Positions 14,101 to 28,800 of a DNA stretch of 64,000 nucleotides are shown piece by piece; within the stretch, counting starts at the first letter, position 1; each line of letters begins with the position of its first letter. The notes under the pieces were generated by a model, which ran no database searches, was not told the origin of the DNA, and worked only from the letters and a program-made list of their open reading frames with translations. The position numbers were made by a program, and so were the translations under genes. This DNA is from Octopus sinensis (lineage: Eukaryota), in NCBI RefSeq assembly GCF_006345805.1, contig NC_043000.1, forward strand, positions 2,666,001 through 2,730,000, read 5' to 3'.

Positions 14101-17100
14101 CAGTGTTTCACTGGTACTTAATTTATCTACCCCAAAAGGATGAAAGACAAAGTCAACCTCAGTGGCATTTGAACTCAGAATGTAAGGATGGATGAAATGT
14201 CACTTAGCATTTTGCCCAGCATGCTAATGATTCTATCAGCTGATGGGAAAATTAATGTCAAAAGTAAAATAAAAAGAACTGTTTTAACGGAGTACAGTGA
14301 TACTCAGACACAGAATGTCAAGTATTCTAGTCAGGTAAACTTCAACAGAAGAGGTTATTTACCTTTTAACTCACCACTTTTTTCATTCATTTTCAATTTT
14401 ACATTCATAACCACTTCCATATAATTTTGGCCAATTATATAAATGCTAGCTCTGTTATTTTTCAAATATTTTGTAATAAATGAATTTCATTTCAAACGAT
14501 ATATATCTATGATGAACTGTCCGACGAATGGGAATGTGAAACTCAGAGTAACAGGTTTTGTTGAATTTTCTGCTGCTTTAAATAAAGCATATTACTCTAC
14601 CACTGGTATTTGAGTACTCTTTTTTCCACCTTGTTTCACATTTATGTGTTTACTCCGGTATATACCATCATATATCGACAAGAAAGAAATAAAATTTTTA
14701 AATCTATTCTTTATGTGCAGGCCGATGGTTGAGGACCCCTGCACTGGAGAGATAAACCCTACATTACTTAGAGAGATGTTAGTTCCCTGCACTTTTCCTT
14801 CTAGGCCTTACTTTTGCTATGCCTTGGGAACACCCACCTACAAGAGGGTGCTGAAAAGTTCCACGCTTTGGGTAAAAGAAAATACAGGAGGATCAGTTAA
14901 TTATGAATTTGTTCAATATATTCCCCTCTGAGACTCACACATGTATTGCAGCAGTCCTTCAGTTTTTCTAAGCCCTGTAAAAGAACTTGGAAGATTGGGC
15001 CTCTAACCAGGCCTTTTGCATTACTCTTTAAAGTCAGGAACATTTCAGCAACCCTTTATACATTGCTGATTAGCTCACCCATGAAACAGAAAACAGTCAT
15101 ATACTTTTAGTAAGCTTATGGGGTGTTCTTACCGCTAACTACTCCTGTGCATCTACAACATATAAACTCTCTTTCTGTCAGCTGTTTGTGTACCCATAGT
15201 TTGCAATACACCATTTCTGCATACTGAGTATGTTGTTGATTGATAAACACAGCCTTATGTGACTTGCACATTTCTCACAAGTCATTCATACGATCATCTC
15301 CCTTGTTGTTACTGATGAATTAATGTTACATTTAATTGAACAATGGAACTATCTACAAACTTAGAACTTCACAGACACTTGTACCTTTAACCCTTTTGAA
15401 TGGAGAAAGCAGGTATATCTACTCAAAGTTTTATCATTGTTAACTGCAAAAAGTGATTTTACCCAACAGCTTTAAAAACAAAAACAAGATGTAAGAAGTG
15501 GAGGCAATTTACAAAATGCAATTTTTCTGATTTTCTTAATTTTCCCCAAATATCTTATCAAATATTTCTTTACAGAGCAAGTATCAACTACTTCAAGTCG
15601 TGGATAAGAAAACTGTACCTAGAGATACTGAAAATTTTACTCTTTTGTAGATAATAAACATCATTGCAGAATGACCAGGAGATTTAATTACACAGCCAAA
15701 AAATTAATGCAATCTTTAGAATATGTGACAAGAAGGGGTCTTCAGATCACAGTTACTCTGGCATGGTTTCCCCAGTTTCTGAATTCACTGCTGTTCTGCA
15801 TGCATTCAAATGACAAAACAATGCATACACATATATACACTTATATTTCAGGGCATAAAGCTAAAAGGTAAAACATTGTTAAATCCTAATTAGAACTAAT
15901 ATACTGATGTGAGCAGTGGTAAGATAGAACTCAAATGATTATGTCATTGCTAAGCAACATCTGAGGATTAGCAAGCTCCAGTGAGAGCTACCTAAAATGA
16001 TAGAGGTAAAGGATGTTTAACTGTAAAGCATGATAAACACGAGATGTATGAAGGTTTTGAGTTAAGCAGAGCAAAGTTGTAGCCGTGTAATATGAAGACA
16101 GAGTAAAGAGTAAGTGACTTACCTGTTGTGTGGCAGCAATAGCTTGAGATGCAGCAGCAGCAATAGCAGCATTGCTTCCTGCACCCATATGGCCTGAAAG
16201 AGAGGCATGGACAACATCAAACACCAAACACCAAACAGAAAACACATCAGATACCACGTCCAACACATTACACAAAACACTGCCAATACATTAGATAACA
16301 TTCAGCCAATAGTTCAAATACCTATTTCTTTATTACCCACAAGGGGCTAAACACAGAGGGGACAAACAAGGACAGACATAGGTATTAAGTCGATTACATC
16401 GACCCCAGTGCATAACTGGTACTTAATTTATCGACCCCCGAAAGGATGAACAGCAAAGTCGACCTCGGCAGAATTTGAACTCACAACATAACGCAGACGA
16501 AATACCGCTAAGCATTTCGCCCGGCGTGCTAACGTTTCTGCCAGCTCGCCGCCTTTAGTTCAAATACCACAATGCCAACATACAGCCATCACACACTCAA
16601 CACCTCTTACAATACCCAGTCAACACCTCATACACCACAAAGCCAACATATCAAACACCAGAGCCAACATATCAGACATTATAGTCAGCTCATCACACAG
16701 CCAACATATCACAGACATCAGACACTCAACACATCAGACAACACTCATCAAACACCACCCCACCACACAGCTGGCACACCAAATACTGCACAGCCAACAA
16801 ATTAATAACCCTTCACAATATTACATAAATTTGTAAATACATTAATTCTAAAGACTATTGTAGAGAAATAGAAGAGTAATTTAAGGTTTTCAATTAAGTA
16901 TCTTCAGTTAGTTGATTCATTAGTTTCAATCACATCCTCTTAAACCAATTAAAACTTCCATTTCTCACATGTCACATGCCTGACACTGAAATATGTAATT
17001 GAGACTTGGGTGAACAATGATTATCAGGGATTCTGTTTAGACATCTAAGAGTAATAGTAGACACAGCAGTGGAACCATATTCTGTAGCTTCCAAATAGAG

Positions 17101-17570
17101 AAGCATTGAAGTGAAAAGCTATGAGACTGCCAATAGTGATGACTTTAAAATTGTCCTTCATATTCAATACAAACGCATACCCTCCATCAGACACCTACCA
17201 TATTCTGAGCGCCTTGTTTCCCTGGGCATGGATTCACTGAAGCTCCGGCGTCAGGCGACGGACTTGGTAAACACCCACAAAGTTATCAACCACCTCACCA
17301 ACAACAACACTGAACACCTTTTTGATCTCCATGTGTCTAACACACGTGGACATGCCTACAAAGTCAGAAAACAACACAGCTCCCATGACTTTCGGAAACA
17401 TTTTTTCACGCTCAGAGTTGCTGAAGCATGGAATAAACTGCCTGCATCAGTTGTTGACTGCCATGACACTGCATCCTTTAAGGCCCTCATGCTTTCCGAA
17501 ATCCGCCGAAACTACACCTGATTATATATACACTTTAGATGAGTTGTAGTGCACCTGAGCACTGTACACA

Positions 17571-17614
<44 letters not shown>

Positions 17615-20600
17615 ACCCAACACACATGATTTCACAAGCTGTGACATCACGAACAACTGGTGTTACTTAATGACAGATCTTAAATCTCATCAAATCTGCA
17701 ATATTTCTTCCTCCTAATTTTAGATTTTATATATTTCTATGAAGTAGAGAAGCACAAAGTTATGTGTTTAGTGTGTATGGTAAGTAGCATTCCTTGAGTA
17801 GGTTACCATTAGAAACCATCCAAACTACGATATTAGGGAAGAAATATATAATAAACACTCATGTCATTTAACCCTTCAGCATTCATCTTACTCTATTAAA
17901 AGTAATGCTGATTTATTCACGACCTATTGAGTCAAGTACATCAACATCAAAATAAAAATCAAATGGAAATTGTAGTTGTGATACCCATGCCGGTGGCCCG
18001 TAAAAGATACCATCCGAACGTGACCAATGCCAGCGCCGCCTTGACTGGCGTCCGTGTCAGTGGCATGTAAAAAGCACCAACCAATCGTGGACGTTGCCAG
18101 CCTCCTCTGGCCCATACCGGTGGCACGTAAAAAAACACCCACTACATTCGTGGAGTGGTTGGCATTAGGAAGGGCATTTGGCTGTAGAAATACTTCCAGA
18201 TCAGACTAGAGCCTGGTGCAGCCTCCTGGCTTCCCAGGCTCCGGTCAAACTGTCCAACCCGTGCTAGCATGGAAAATGGATGTTAAATGATGATTGTTTT
18301 GAATTAATCATGCATTATCTTGTACCTTCGCGATTTTGATAAGTAACTTAATTTTTAGAATGATATTGTAGGGTTGGTGTGAGAGGCCAGATCTGACCAG
18401 TTTGAGGATTCCATTAGAAGTAATGCTTATTTATTCACATTGTTTGTTAATTAATCACACGTTATTATGTAGCTTTCAGATTTTGATGAGGTAAATTTTT
18501 GGAATGATATTGTAGGGTTGATGCAAGGGGGCAGATCTGGCCAGTTTACTCTTTTATTCTTTTACTTGTTTCAGTCATTTGACTGCGGCCATGCTGGAGC
18601 ACCGCCTTTAGTCGAGCAAATCGACCCCGGGACTTATTCTTTGTAAGCCCAGTACTTATTCTATCGGTCTCTTTTGCCGAACAGCTAAGTAACGGGGACA
18701 TAAACACACCAGCATCGGTTGTCAAGCAATGCTAAGGAGACAAACACAGACACACAAACACACACGTACATATATATATACATATATATGACAGGCTTCT
18801 TTCCAGTTTCCATCTACCAAATCCACTCACAAGGCATTGGTCGGCCCGAAGCTATAGTAGAAGACACTTGCCCAAGGTGCCACGCAGTGGGACTGAACCC
18901 GGAACCATGTGGTTGGTTAGCAAGCTACTTACCACACAGCCACTCCTGTGCCTATTTGAGTATAAATCAGAATCTTTTAGCCATATACGGCTGGTGTAAA
19001 TGCTGAAGGGTGAAAAGATGTTAAAGGGTTGAACAATGAAGAGGGAGAATAAAAAAGTGAATCCATTTTTTTCAACTTACCCAAGCTGTAGGTGATACCT
19101 GCTGGATTACCACTGCCTCCTCCTCCTGAGTTAAAGGAATTCACAGATGATGATGATGAATTAGAAGCTGGATTAGTACGACGTTGACCTATACTCTCTT
19201 TAGCCACTTCATTGGCAAGTGAGGATAGAACTCGCTCTGTACTGGTCTGTTTGTCATTGTGATATGGTTGGGAAGGGTTGGATGCAGCTATAACACGACG
19301 TTCTGGCAGAAACAGAATAGAAATATATTTGCGTGAGACAAGTTCATCAAAGCGAATTTGTTATAGCATCATTATCGTATTTTAGTCAACAGCTAACAGT
19401 TTCCCTTTCAGAGTTTTTATAAGCCTGGATTGAATATTCTAAATTTTTCTTGCATGTGGCACCAGTTTTGCAAAGGAATTAACTAGAGATTGTTGAAACT
19501 AAAACAACGGCAGCAAGACCATGTTGACCACTTAAATGCTCAAACCCATATACAAATTTATCATTATTTTCAATCTATTATTATTTGTGTATCAAGGTGT
19601 TTTGTTTTCATATTTATGGCCTCTTAACTGGTACTTCACTTCACTGATTAACTTTGGAATTATTCATTTTATACACTCACGGAGTGGCTGTCGTTAGGAA
19701 GGGCATCCAGCTGTAGAAACATTGCCAGATAAGACTGGAGCCTGGTGCAGCCTCCTGGCTTCCCAGATCCCCGGTCGAACCGTCCAACCCATGCTAGCAT
19801 GGAGAACGGACGTTAAACGATGATGATGATGATGATGATACATGTTCCACATGAAATAAATGTAAACATCAAATATTTAATTAGCTGTTGAGTCGTTATT
19901 GAAGGCTTCCTCTAACTTACAACCTTCTAACGGATAATTCACTGATGGTCTCGCTGGAAATTTACTTTTTGGAATTATTTCATATATGTAAATAAATGGA
20001 AACTTGAATCATCACTGAAGGCTTTGTCTTCATGTAAGAAAGTGTTGAATTAAAAACAAAGAAACATCTTGGAAGAAACTACATTGATTATGGCTGGAAA
20101 TTGCAGTGAAGAAGAATAGCTAAAGCAGGAATCAAACTTATATTACAGATTCAGATGGTCAGTCACAGGCACAAGCACACTGTGTGAATGGGTGATGAAT
20201 GTCAGTTATAAAACTGCCATGTGCTGACAGTCAAAGGCAGAAGGAAAAGGCATAGGAGCAGAGGTGAGGTTGGATCTCAGGATGCTGTAGTTTACTGACA
20301 AGATGATATAATATCTAAGACAAGTACCAATACGCTGGTCTGTCTGAGACTTGTCCACCATATGCCGGTACGGAAAATTGGAAGCTAAAATGATGGTGGT
20401 GATGATGGAGAAGAGGAGGAAGATGATGATGGTATGTTGGTAACAGTGATGATGTTCCCATAGGTGGTAAGGAAACAGCTTCAATACATTATGTTCATAA
20501 TTGAGAAAATTAAAGCAATTACCAATAACATATGTAGGAACAATGTAGGCCCATGTGGAGAGATACAGAGAAATGTAATGAATAATAGATGGAGTTGTTT

Positions 20601-21487
20601 AGACCCTAATCAGTTCTGAATGAGCAAACCATAATCAAAAGTGTTATGACCATTGCCCTCGGTTTATCAGATGTTATTTCTAGAGCAACATTAGACAGTG
20701 TCTCTCTTCCTGACCAATATGGAAGTATATTTTAAGGGAGATTTGGTTGATTACTTCTAGCAGGTCAAGTAGCAATGTAGAGGTTCCATCCTTACTTTGG
20801 AGCTATAACAGAGATAAGTGGTAATGATATGATCCGAGGATGGCTGTGTATGGTAGCTAGAACAGAGGTAGGTGATAGTGGTGTGAACATGTGATATTAA
20901 AGGATGGTAGTTATAGTAGAGGTAAGGTCAGAATTATTCATATAACATGTCCCATATCTAGAAGTCTACTTAAAAGCAAGCCTATATACTACAAACCCAG
21001 AGCAAACTGTGGTATTAAATTTTCTTTTCAAGAAGGGTAATAAAAAAAAAAAAATCACTCATGCCAGCAGCAATGGTTTTAAGAGGGTTAATCTACATAT
21101 TTATAAGAGTGTCATATCATCTAGAATGCAAGAAATACTCACTATCTGGACGATTCTGACTCTGTTGAGGAGTATCTAATTCTAATGACCCTGCAAGAGA
21201 TACAACAGATACTTAATATAGAGAAACACTGCAGGGGAGAAAAAAAAACCCAAAACAAAAACAATAGAGCATTTAAACTGAGGTTCCCATCATTGATGAC
21301 AAGTGTGCTATCGTGTAGACAGTAGGTACAGGCATGGCTGAGTGGTTAATGAGCTTGCCAACCCTGTGGTTCTGAGTTCTATCCCACTGTGCAACACATT
21401 GGGCAAGTGTCTTCTTTTCTATACCCTTCAGTTAACAAAGGCTTACGAGTGCATTTGGCAGATGGAAACTGAAAGGAACCTGTCACA

Positions 21488-21529
<42 letters not shown>

Positions 21530-22860
21530 TACGCGCGCGTCTGTGTGTGTATTCGTTTACATTAGCACTTCTCTGAAAATCACAAGCTACAAGTGTTGAT
21601 GTTGTCATTTCTCCCATCAACAAGTTGTTTGCTGGCTTTGCACCTTTGAAGACATGTAAAATAAAGGGATCTCTTACTTAAAAAAAAGGTAAGGATTAGT
21701 GAGACAGAAAGGGCATTCGGCTATAAAACAATGCCTCGCTAATATATCCATCTAATCCATGCTAGCTTGGAAAAAGTGGACATAAATATGAATAAATGAA
21801 ACGAACTAGAGTTAATTTTCCTGTGAAATATCTCCCATCCTATCAATCTCCAAAACAAAATATTCCAATAATTTCAGCTTGCTAAAATGAAAATAAGTAT
21901 CTTTACTTGCAGAATGGTCATTGATAAGTCTCTAATTCTTTTGCAAAAAGAAAAAAATTTCCTTCCAATAAACAAATGTTCAGATTCACAAAGAGATTTT
22001 TCCATTGATAATAGCAAGAGGTAAATCTATCGATATACCTGGTCTGATCAATAAATATCCGGACTGTTGTCACACAGAGTGAAGTCGCTTGACATAGATT
22101 GGCCTTGAAATCTGCTGTGCATGTGCACTAAGTTTTAATGTTCCAGCTCACTTTTGCTGTTTACAGCAGTGCTTGGAAGGAAGGTGTGTAGCATGTGATT
22201 GTCGCATTGTCCATGACAAAGTTGAGTAGAGAATCTACATCAAATTTTGTCAAAAGCTTGGTAATACCTGCTCAGAGGCCTACACAAAGTTTGCAATGTT
22301 TTCAGCACAACCAAGGAGATCTTGTGCAACTGAAACCCGAATGTCCTTCTTGGTCAGCTGAAAGCAGTTTTGGCAGAACCTTGACAGACACACATCTCAT
22401 ACCCAAATCTTCAGTGATAATGGACTGAACTGAACTGTAACTTATCTGCACATCCCCTGATGATAACTCATGGATGGTGATTCAACGATTTCCCATCACA
22501 GCTGCACACACAAGTGCAATGTTTTCCTCAGTTCTGCTGATTGTGGGTCTCCCAGAATGTTCATCAACATTGACATTTTTTCAGCCATCTTGCAAACACT
22601 TGGACCACTCATACACTCCTCTCCATAGACTTTCTGCAACTTTCATAGGCCTCTGAGCAGCTATCACCATAGCAACTTTCTTTGTTATAGACAATGTGAC
22701 AATCACATGCTGCATACCTTCCTTCCAAGCACTGCTGTAATCTGCAGAAGTGAGCTAGAAACTTAATGCACATGCACAACAGAGTTCAAGTGGCTTCACT
22801 CTGCATGCTTTAGCTTCATTACTATGGCAACAGTCCGAAAACTTATTGATGAGACCGCAA

Positions 22861-22891
<31 letters not shown>

Positions 22892-25800
22892 AGTGGGTGG
22901 ACAAACAAAAGAAAAAAGGCACTCATCACATTTAGTTAGGAGTTACATTATATTAAACTGATGTTTGTATATAATTGATACTTGAATTTTATACATGTAA
23001 GGGGATGAAAGGCAAAGTTAACACTGATGTGAATTACAAGTCAGAACATTTTAGCCCCCAACCAATATAAAGTGCAGATAGCTAAGCTTCCAACTGATAT
23101 GGCCATCTCCACTGATCTTACAGTAATCAACACACAAAAAAAAATTATATTCTTTTAGGCCCAAATCAACCATGATTTGATAAACATTTAATCAAAGGCA
23201 CTCCAGCTGTGACCATTTCATCTTTTAAGGGAACATCTAAGAATATATTATCTAATGTGCCCTTAAGATAGTAGAGTCTTATTAAAGAGAAATTAGACTG
23301 CTATTTCTAGCAGGCTGAGGAACAGTATAGAGGTTCTTTAATGTGACTACTGATGGTTGATAGTAAGGAGAGTATCTTGTGTGTGGGAGGGTGGGGACTG
23401 TGCAGGGTTAAATCATGCTGTACAAGAGATTATGATGATTTGTAAAGATTTCATTATTGGTCGTCAAACTTATCTCCTAATTTGTAATTCTAACAGAGAC
23501 TGAACTAAACACTGGAGTATAATTTCTGAAATTAAATGTTGAAGAAAGATCCAAATGGCCTATCTCAACTGCTGGCAATATACAAGGGGCTACTGAAAAG
23601 TTGCTGGCTTTAAGGATATCCCTTCTGAGTTCTTTTACAAAGCCACTGCAATAAGTGTGTGAATCTGAGATGGGAATATGTTGAATAAAATCATAATTAA
23701 CCGATCCTCTTGTATTTTCTTTTACCCAAAACCAGGAACCTTTCAGCAGTCCATTGTATAGTTTTGTCAATTTAGTTTGGGGTTGACTATGATAGGGAGG
23801 GACAAAGCCATATGTTTATAAGAGGTCCAGAAATTATGTAAAGAGTTAAGGTGTTGGACCTTTTGATAGTCACAAGTTAAAAGCCTTCTAGAAAAGTTAA
23901 ATATGCTATGTCCCTGAGAAAAGCACATAACTTCTGACTGGGCATAAAACATAGGTTCTAATTCTATTTGTGACAGAAAGGACATCATCCAGCTGTGAGA
24001 ATAGAAACAACTGTTGTAAGAAATAAATCACCTCATCCATGCAAGCAAAAAAAAAAACCGAATGTAAAACAAGACAAAAATCAAAAATACACAAGTCCTA
24101 TCTGAGCAATCAGACGATAGCAGCATGAGTCCAATCTTTGACCATCACAACTCATGACAAATTAATAACCTTTTGTTATTTTTTCTTTTACATATTCCAA
24201 TGGGATGCACTTAACATTTGATACTTTTCTTAAGGATATATTTCCATTTATTTTTTTCTTCTTGTGTGTGATTTTTTTTTTAGAAATCAAAATAATTCAA
24301 AGTAAAATTATAACGCAACCCATTAGTTAGAAATTGCTGATTTACAGGGATAGGATTAAGGTTAGAGGAGAAGAAGAGCAAGTAGAAGTTGAGTGATAGG
24401 TGTATAGCTGACTGAACATATTTAGTGTAGGAGAAGAAAGAGTAACAAAGAAAGTTCCTGAGAAAACCAGCCACAGAAAATAGCATTTTAGGAGCTTCAT
24501 AATTTTTCTCTGAATTTAAAATATGTGAAAACAATAAGAGTTTTGGAAAAATCAAAATGAGGAATTTGTATTAAAAGAAACTTACTTTTTTCTAAAATTT
24601 CTGTAATACCAGCATTATCTGCTTCCAGCTCCATCTTAAATTTTGATAATTCTTGATCTAATTTTCTTAAGTGCCTATCAACCTACAATGAAAGAAAGTA
24701 AATATAAGACAATCGCATGGAATCAATAATTTGGAAGAAATATCTTAGCTGAGGTTTAGTAACAGATTACTGACAACGTGATCGAAATTTTATATCTTAT
24801 TACTGTTAGTAGATCGTGTACCAGAACAAGATACCTAACTCTGCTTATTCCAGTTTGCCTGATTGAAAGAGATTTTTTAGAAAAAAAAAAGAGAAAAAAA
24901 GTAAAACAGGTTCCATTCCCATGTCACAGTGCAAACAAATGGTTCAACGAATAAACCATCCAAATCATACAACTATGGGAAAACGTTGGAGAAAAAGGAA
25001 AGAAATTAGGGAAAAATCAACGTTTTTACAATTACATATTTTTGGGGTTCAGTTGCACTGCACACATCTTGGGTAAGTGTTTAGACCCAGGTTAACTAAT
25101 ACTTTGTGAGTGAATTTGGTAGACCGAAACTGTGTGGAAGCTTTGTGTGTATGTGTGTGTTTGCATGTTTCCCCACCGCTACTGCTTGACAACTGGCAAT
25201 TTGCTTATATGCCCGTAACTTAGTGGTTCAGCAAAAGAGACTGAAAGAATAAGTATCATACTTAAAAATAATTACTGGGAGCAAGTTGTTCAGCTAAACC
25301 CGTCAAGGCAGTGTCCCAGCAAGGACACAGTCCAATGACTGTAACAAGTAAGAGGTAAAATGTCACCAATTCTAGTAAAAAGAAATAGATATTTACACCA
25401 AAATCAATTCAATGACTGGCATCCATGCTAGCGGGATGCAAAGAGCACCATACGAGTGTGACCGTTGACAGAGTGGCTATTCGAGTATGATCATTACCAG
25501 CGTCGCCTTACTGGCACTTATGCTAGTAGGGTGCCAAGAGCACCATCCAAGCGTGATCATTGCCAGACCAGCCAACTGGCTTCCGTACACGTGGCACGTA
25601 AAAGGGCACCATTCGAGCGTGATCGTTACCAACGTCGCTTCACTGGCACGTGTAAAAAGATTCGAGCGAGGTCATTGCCAGTACCGCCCGACTGGCCCCC
25701 GTGCCGGTGACGCGTAAAAAGCACCCACTACACTATCGGAGTGGTTGGCGTTAGGAAGGGCATCCAGCTGTAGAAACTCTACCAGATCAAGATTGGAGCC

Positions 25801-28800
25801 TGTTGCAGCCATCTGGTTTGCCAGCCCTCAGTCAAAATCGTCCAACCCATGCTAGCATGGAAAGTGGACGTCAAACGATGATGATGATGACCAGCTTGGT
25901 GATGACATAGATAGAACACACCTTTACTACTTATACTGGCATCAAACTGAACTATGTTTACTAAGAACCTGACAGGTTGTTAGTGAAACATCATCTATTT
26001 CACTGAGCCCAAACTGTCTGATTCAACAATAATTCCCAGAATACAGAAGCATCAGTTGGCATGAAAGGTGAAGCCATAGTCTCCAGATTTCCATAATGTT
26101 CGATATTTACATTGACAATTATATTAGATATAGTGATAACAGTATTGAAGATTTATACAGGTAAACAGAGTGAAGATATATTTACTGACAATTATAGTAT
26201 AGATGTATAATCATCATCATCATCGTTTAGCGTCCGCTTTCCATGCTAGCATGGGTTGGACGGTTCTACTGGGGTCTGTGAAGCCAGAAGGCTTCATCAG
26301 GCCCAGTCAAATCTGGCAGTGTTTCTATGGCTGGATGCCCTTCCTAACGCCAACCACTCCGTGAGTGTAGTGGGTGCTTTTTACATGCCACCCGCACTGG
26401 TGCCAGACAGAGCTGGCAAACGGCCACGAACGGATGGTGCTTTTTATGTGCCACCGGCACGAGGGCCAGGCGAGGCTGGCAACGGACACGAAACGGGGCG
26501 GTGCTGGCAACGGTCGCGAAACGGAAAGTTCTCTTACATGCCACCAGCACTGGTAACACATCTGCAATTTCCATTGATCGATTTCCATTGATCGATTTCC
26601 ATTGATCGATTTCGATTCTGATCGTCACTTGCCTCAACGGGTCTTCACAAGCAGAGTTTTGACATGCCACCGGCACTGGTAGCACATCCGCAATTTCCAT
26701 TGATCGATTTCGATTCTGATCCTCACTTGCCTCATCACGTCTTCACAAGTAGAGTTTTGTGTCCCAAGAAGGGAAGGTATGCATACGTAGGCTGGCTCCA
26801 TCCCATGTAGAAGGCCACGGGTTATGGACTCACTTGTCCTGCCGGGTCTTCTCGCGCACAGCACACTTCCAGAGGTCTCGGTCTCTAGTCATTTCCTCAG
26901 TGAGACCTAAAGTTCGAAGGTCGTGCTTCACCACCTCGTCCCAGGTTTTCCTGGGTCTGCCTCTTCCACAGGTTCCCTCAACCACTAGGGTGTGGCACTT
27001 TTTCACACAACTATCTTCATCCATTCTCGCCACATGACCATACCAGCGCAAACGTCTCTCTTGCACACCACAACTGATGCTTCTTAGGTCCAGCTTTTCT
27101 CTCAAGGTACTTACACTCTGCCGAGTGTGAGTACCGGCATTACACATCCATCGGAGCATACTGGCTTCATTTCTAGCGAGCTTACGCATATCCTCAGCAG
27201 TCACGGCCCATGTTTCACTGCCATGTAGCATGGCTGTTCGTACACACGCATCATACAGTCTGCCTTTCACTCTGTGCGAGAGGCCTTTTGTCACCAGTAG
27301 AGGTAAGAGCTCTCTGAACTTTGCCCAAGCTATTCTTACTCTAGCAGTTACACTTTCAGCACACCCGCCCCCGCTGCTGACTTGGTCACTTAGGTAACGG
27401 AAACTATCAACTATTTCTAGTTTTTCTCCCTGGAAAGTGACGGAAGTTGGTCTCAGAGCATTTTCAGTGTTTATTGTTCCTGAGCATCTGCCACATACAA
27501 AAACCATCTTCCTAGTTAGCCTTCCTTTGACATTGCTGCATCTCTTATGTGTCCATAGCTTACACTTGGTGCATCTTATAGAGTTTCTACCTACACCTTT
27601 TCTACAGATCGAGCAGGGCCATCTACCTGAAGGTGTTTGTGATTTGTCTACCTTCCTACTGATTACGACTTTGGTTTTAGCTAGATTGACTCTGAGGCCC
27701 TTCGATTCTAATCCTTGTTTCCACACCTGAAACTTCTCCTCCAGTTCTGATAGCGACTCAGCAATTAGAGCAAGGTCATCAGCATAGAGGAGCTCCCAAG
27801 GCATCCTGTCTTGAATTCCTCCGTTATTGCCTGGAGGACTATGATAAATAGGAGGGGGCTGAGTACTGAGCCTTGGTGGACTCCTACCTCTACCCGGAAT
27901 TCTTCACTGTACACATTTCCAACCCTCACCCTACTAGCGGCGTCCCTGTACATGGCCCGCACAGCTCTCACTAACCATTCATCTATCCCTAGTTTCCTCA
28001 TTGCCCACCAGATAAGGGATCGGGGGACCCTGTCGAAGGCTTTCTCCATGTCAACAAAAGCCAGGTACAGGGGCTTATCTTTGGCTAGGTATTTCTCCTG
28101 CAGCTGCCTTACTAGGAATATAGCATCAGTAGTACTTTTCCCTGGCACAAACCCAAACTGCATCTCATCTAAACTAACTCTCTCTCTAATTAGTTGGGCT
28201 ATGACCCTCTCCGTAACCTTCATCACCTGGTCCAACAGCTTGATACCTCTGTATGACAATTACAATCAAAATTTATATTGATTATTACAAAGAAGGCTAA
28301 TTAATATTGGTTTCAAATTCTGACACATGGTCAGCAATTTCAAGGAAGGGGAGAAGTCAATTATATCCATCCCAGTGTTCCTCAGGTATTTATTTTATTA
28401 ACTCAGAAAGGATGAAAGGCAAAGTCAACCTTGATGGAATTTGAACTCAGAACATAGAGATGGACAAAATGCTTACCCTTTTACTTGTTTCAGTCATTTG
28501 ACTGCGGCCATGCTGGAGCACTGCCTTTAGTCGAGCAAATCGACCCCAGGACTTATTCTTTGTAAGCCTAGTACTTATTCCATCGGTCCCTTTTGCCAAA
28601 CCGCTAAGTTACGGAGACGTAAACACACCAGCATCAGTTGTCAAGCGATGTTGGGGGGACAAACACAGACACACACACATACTCATATATACGATGGGCT
28701 TCTTTCAGTTTCCATCTACCAAATCCACTCACAAGGCTCTGGTCGGCCCAAGGTGCACACAGTGGGACTGAACCTGGAACCATGTGGTTGGTAAGCAAGC

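Noticed and set aside
26570-26720. Short regularly repeated units resembling an array
   Set aside because: Tandem 14-mers within the LINE 3' UTR; no unique spacers and eukaryotic context, so not CRISPR.
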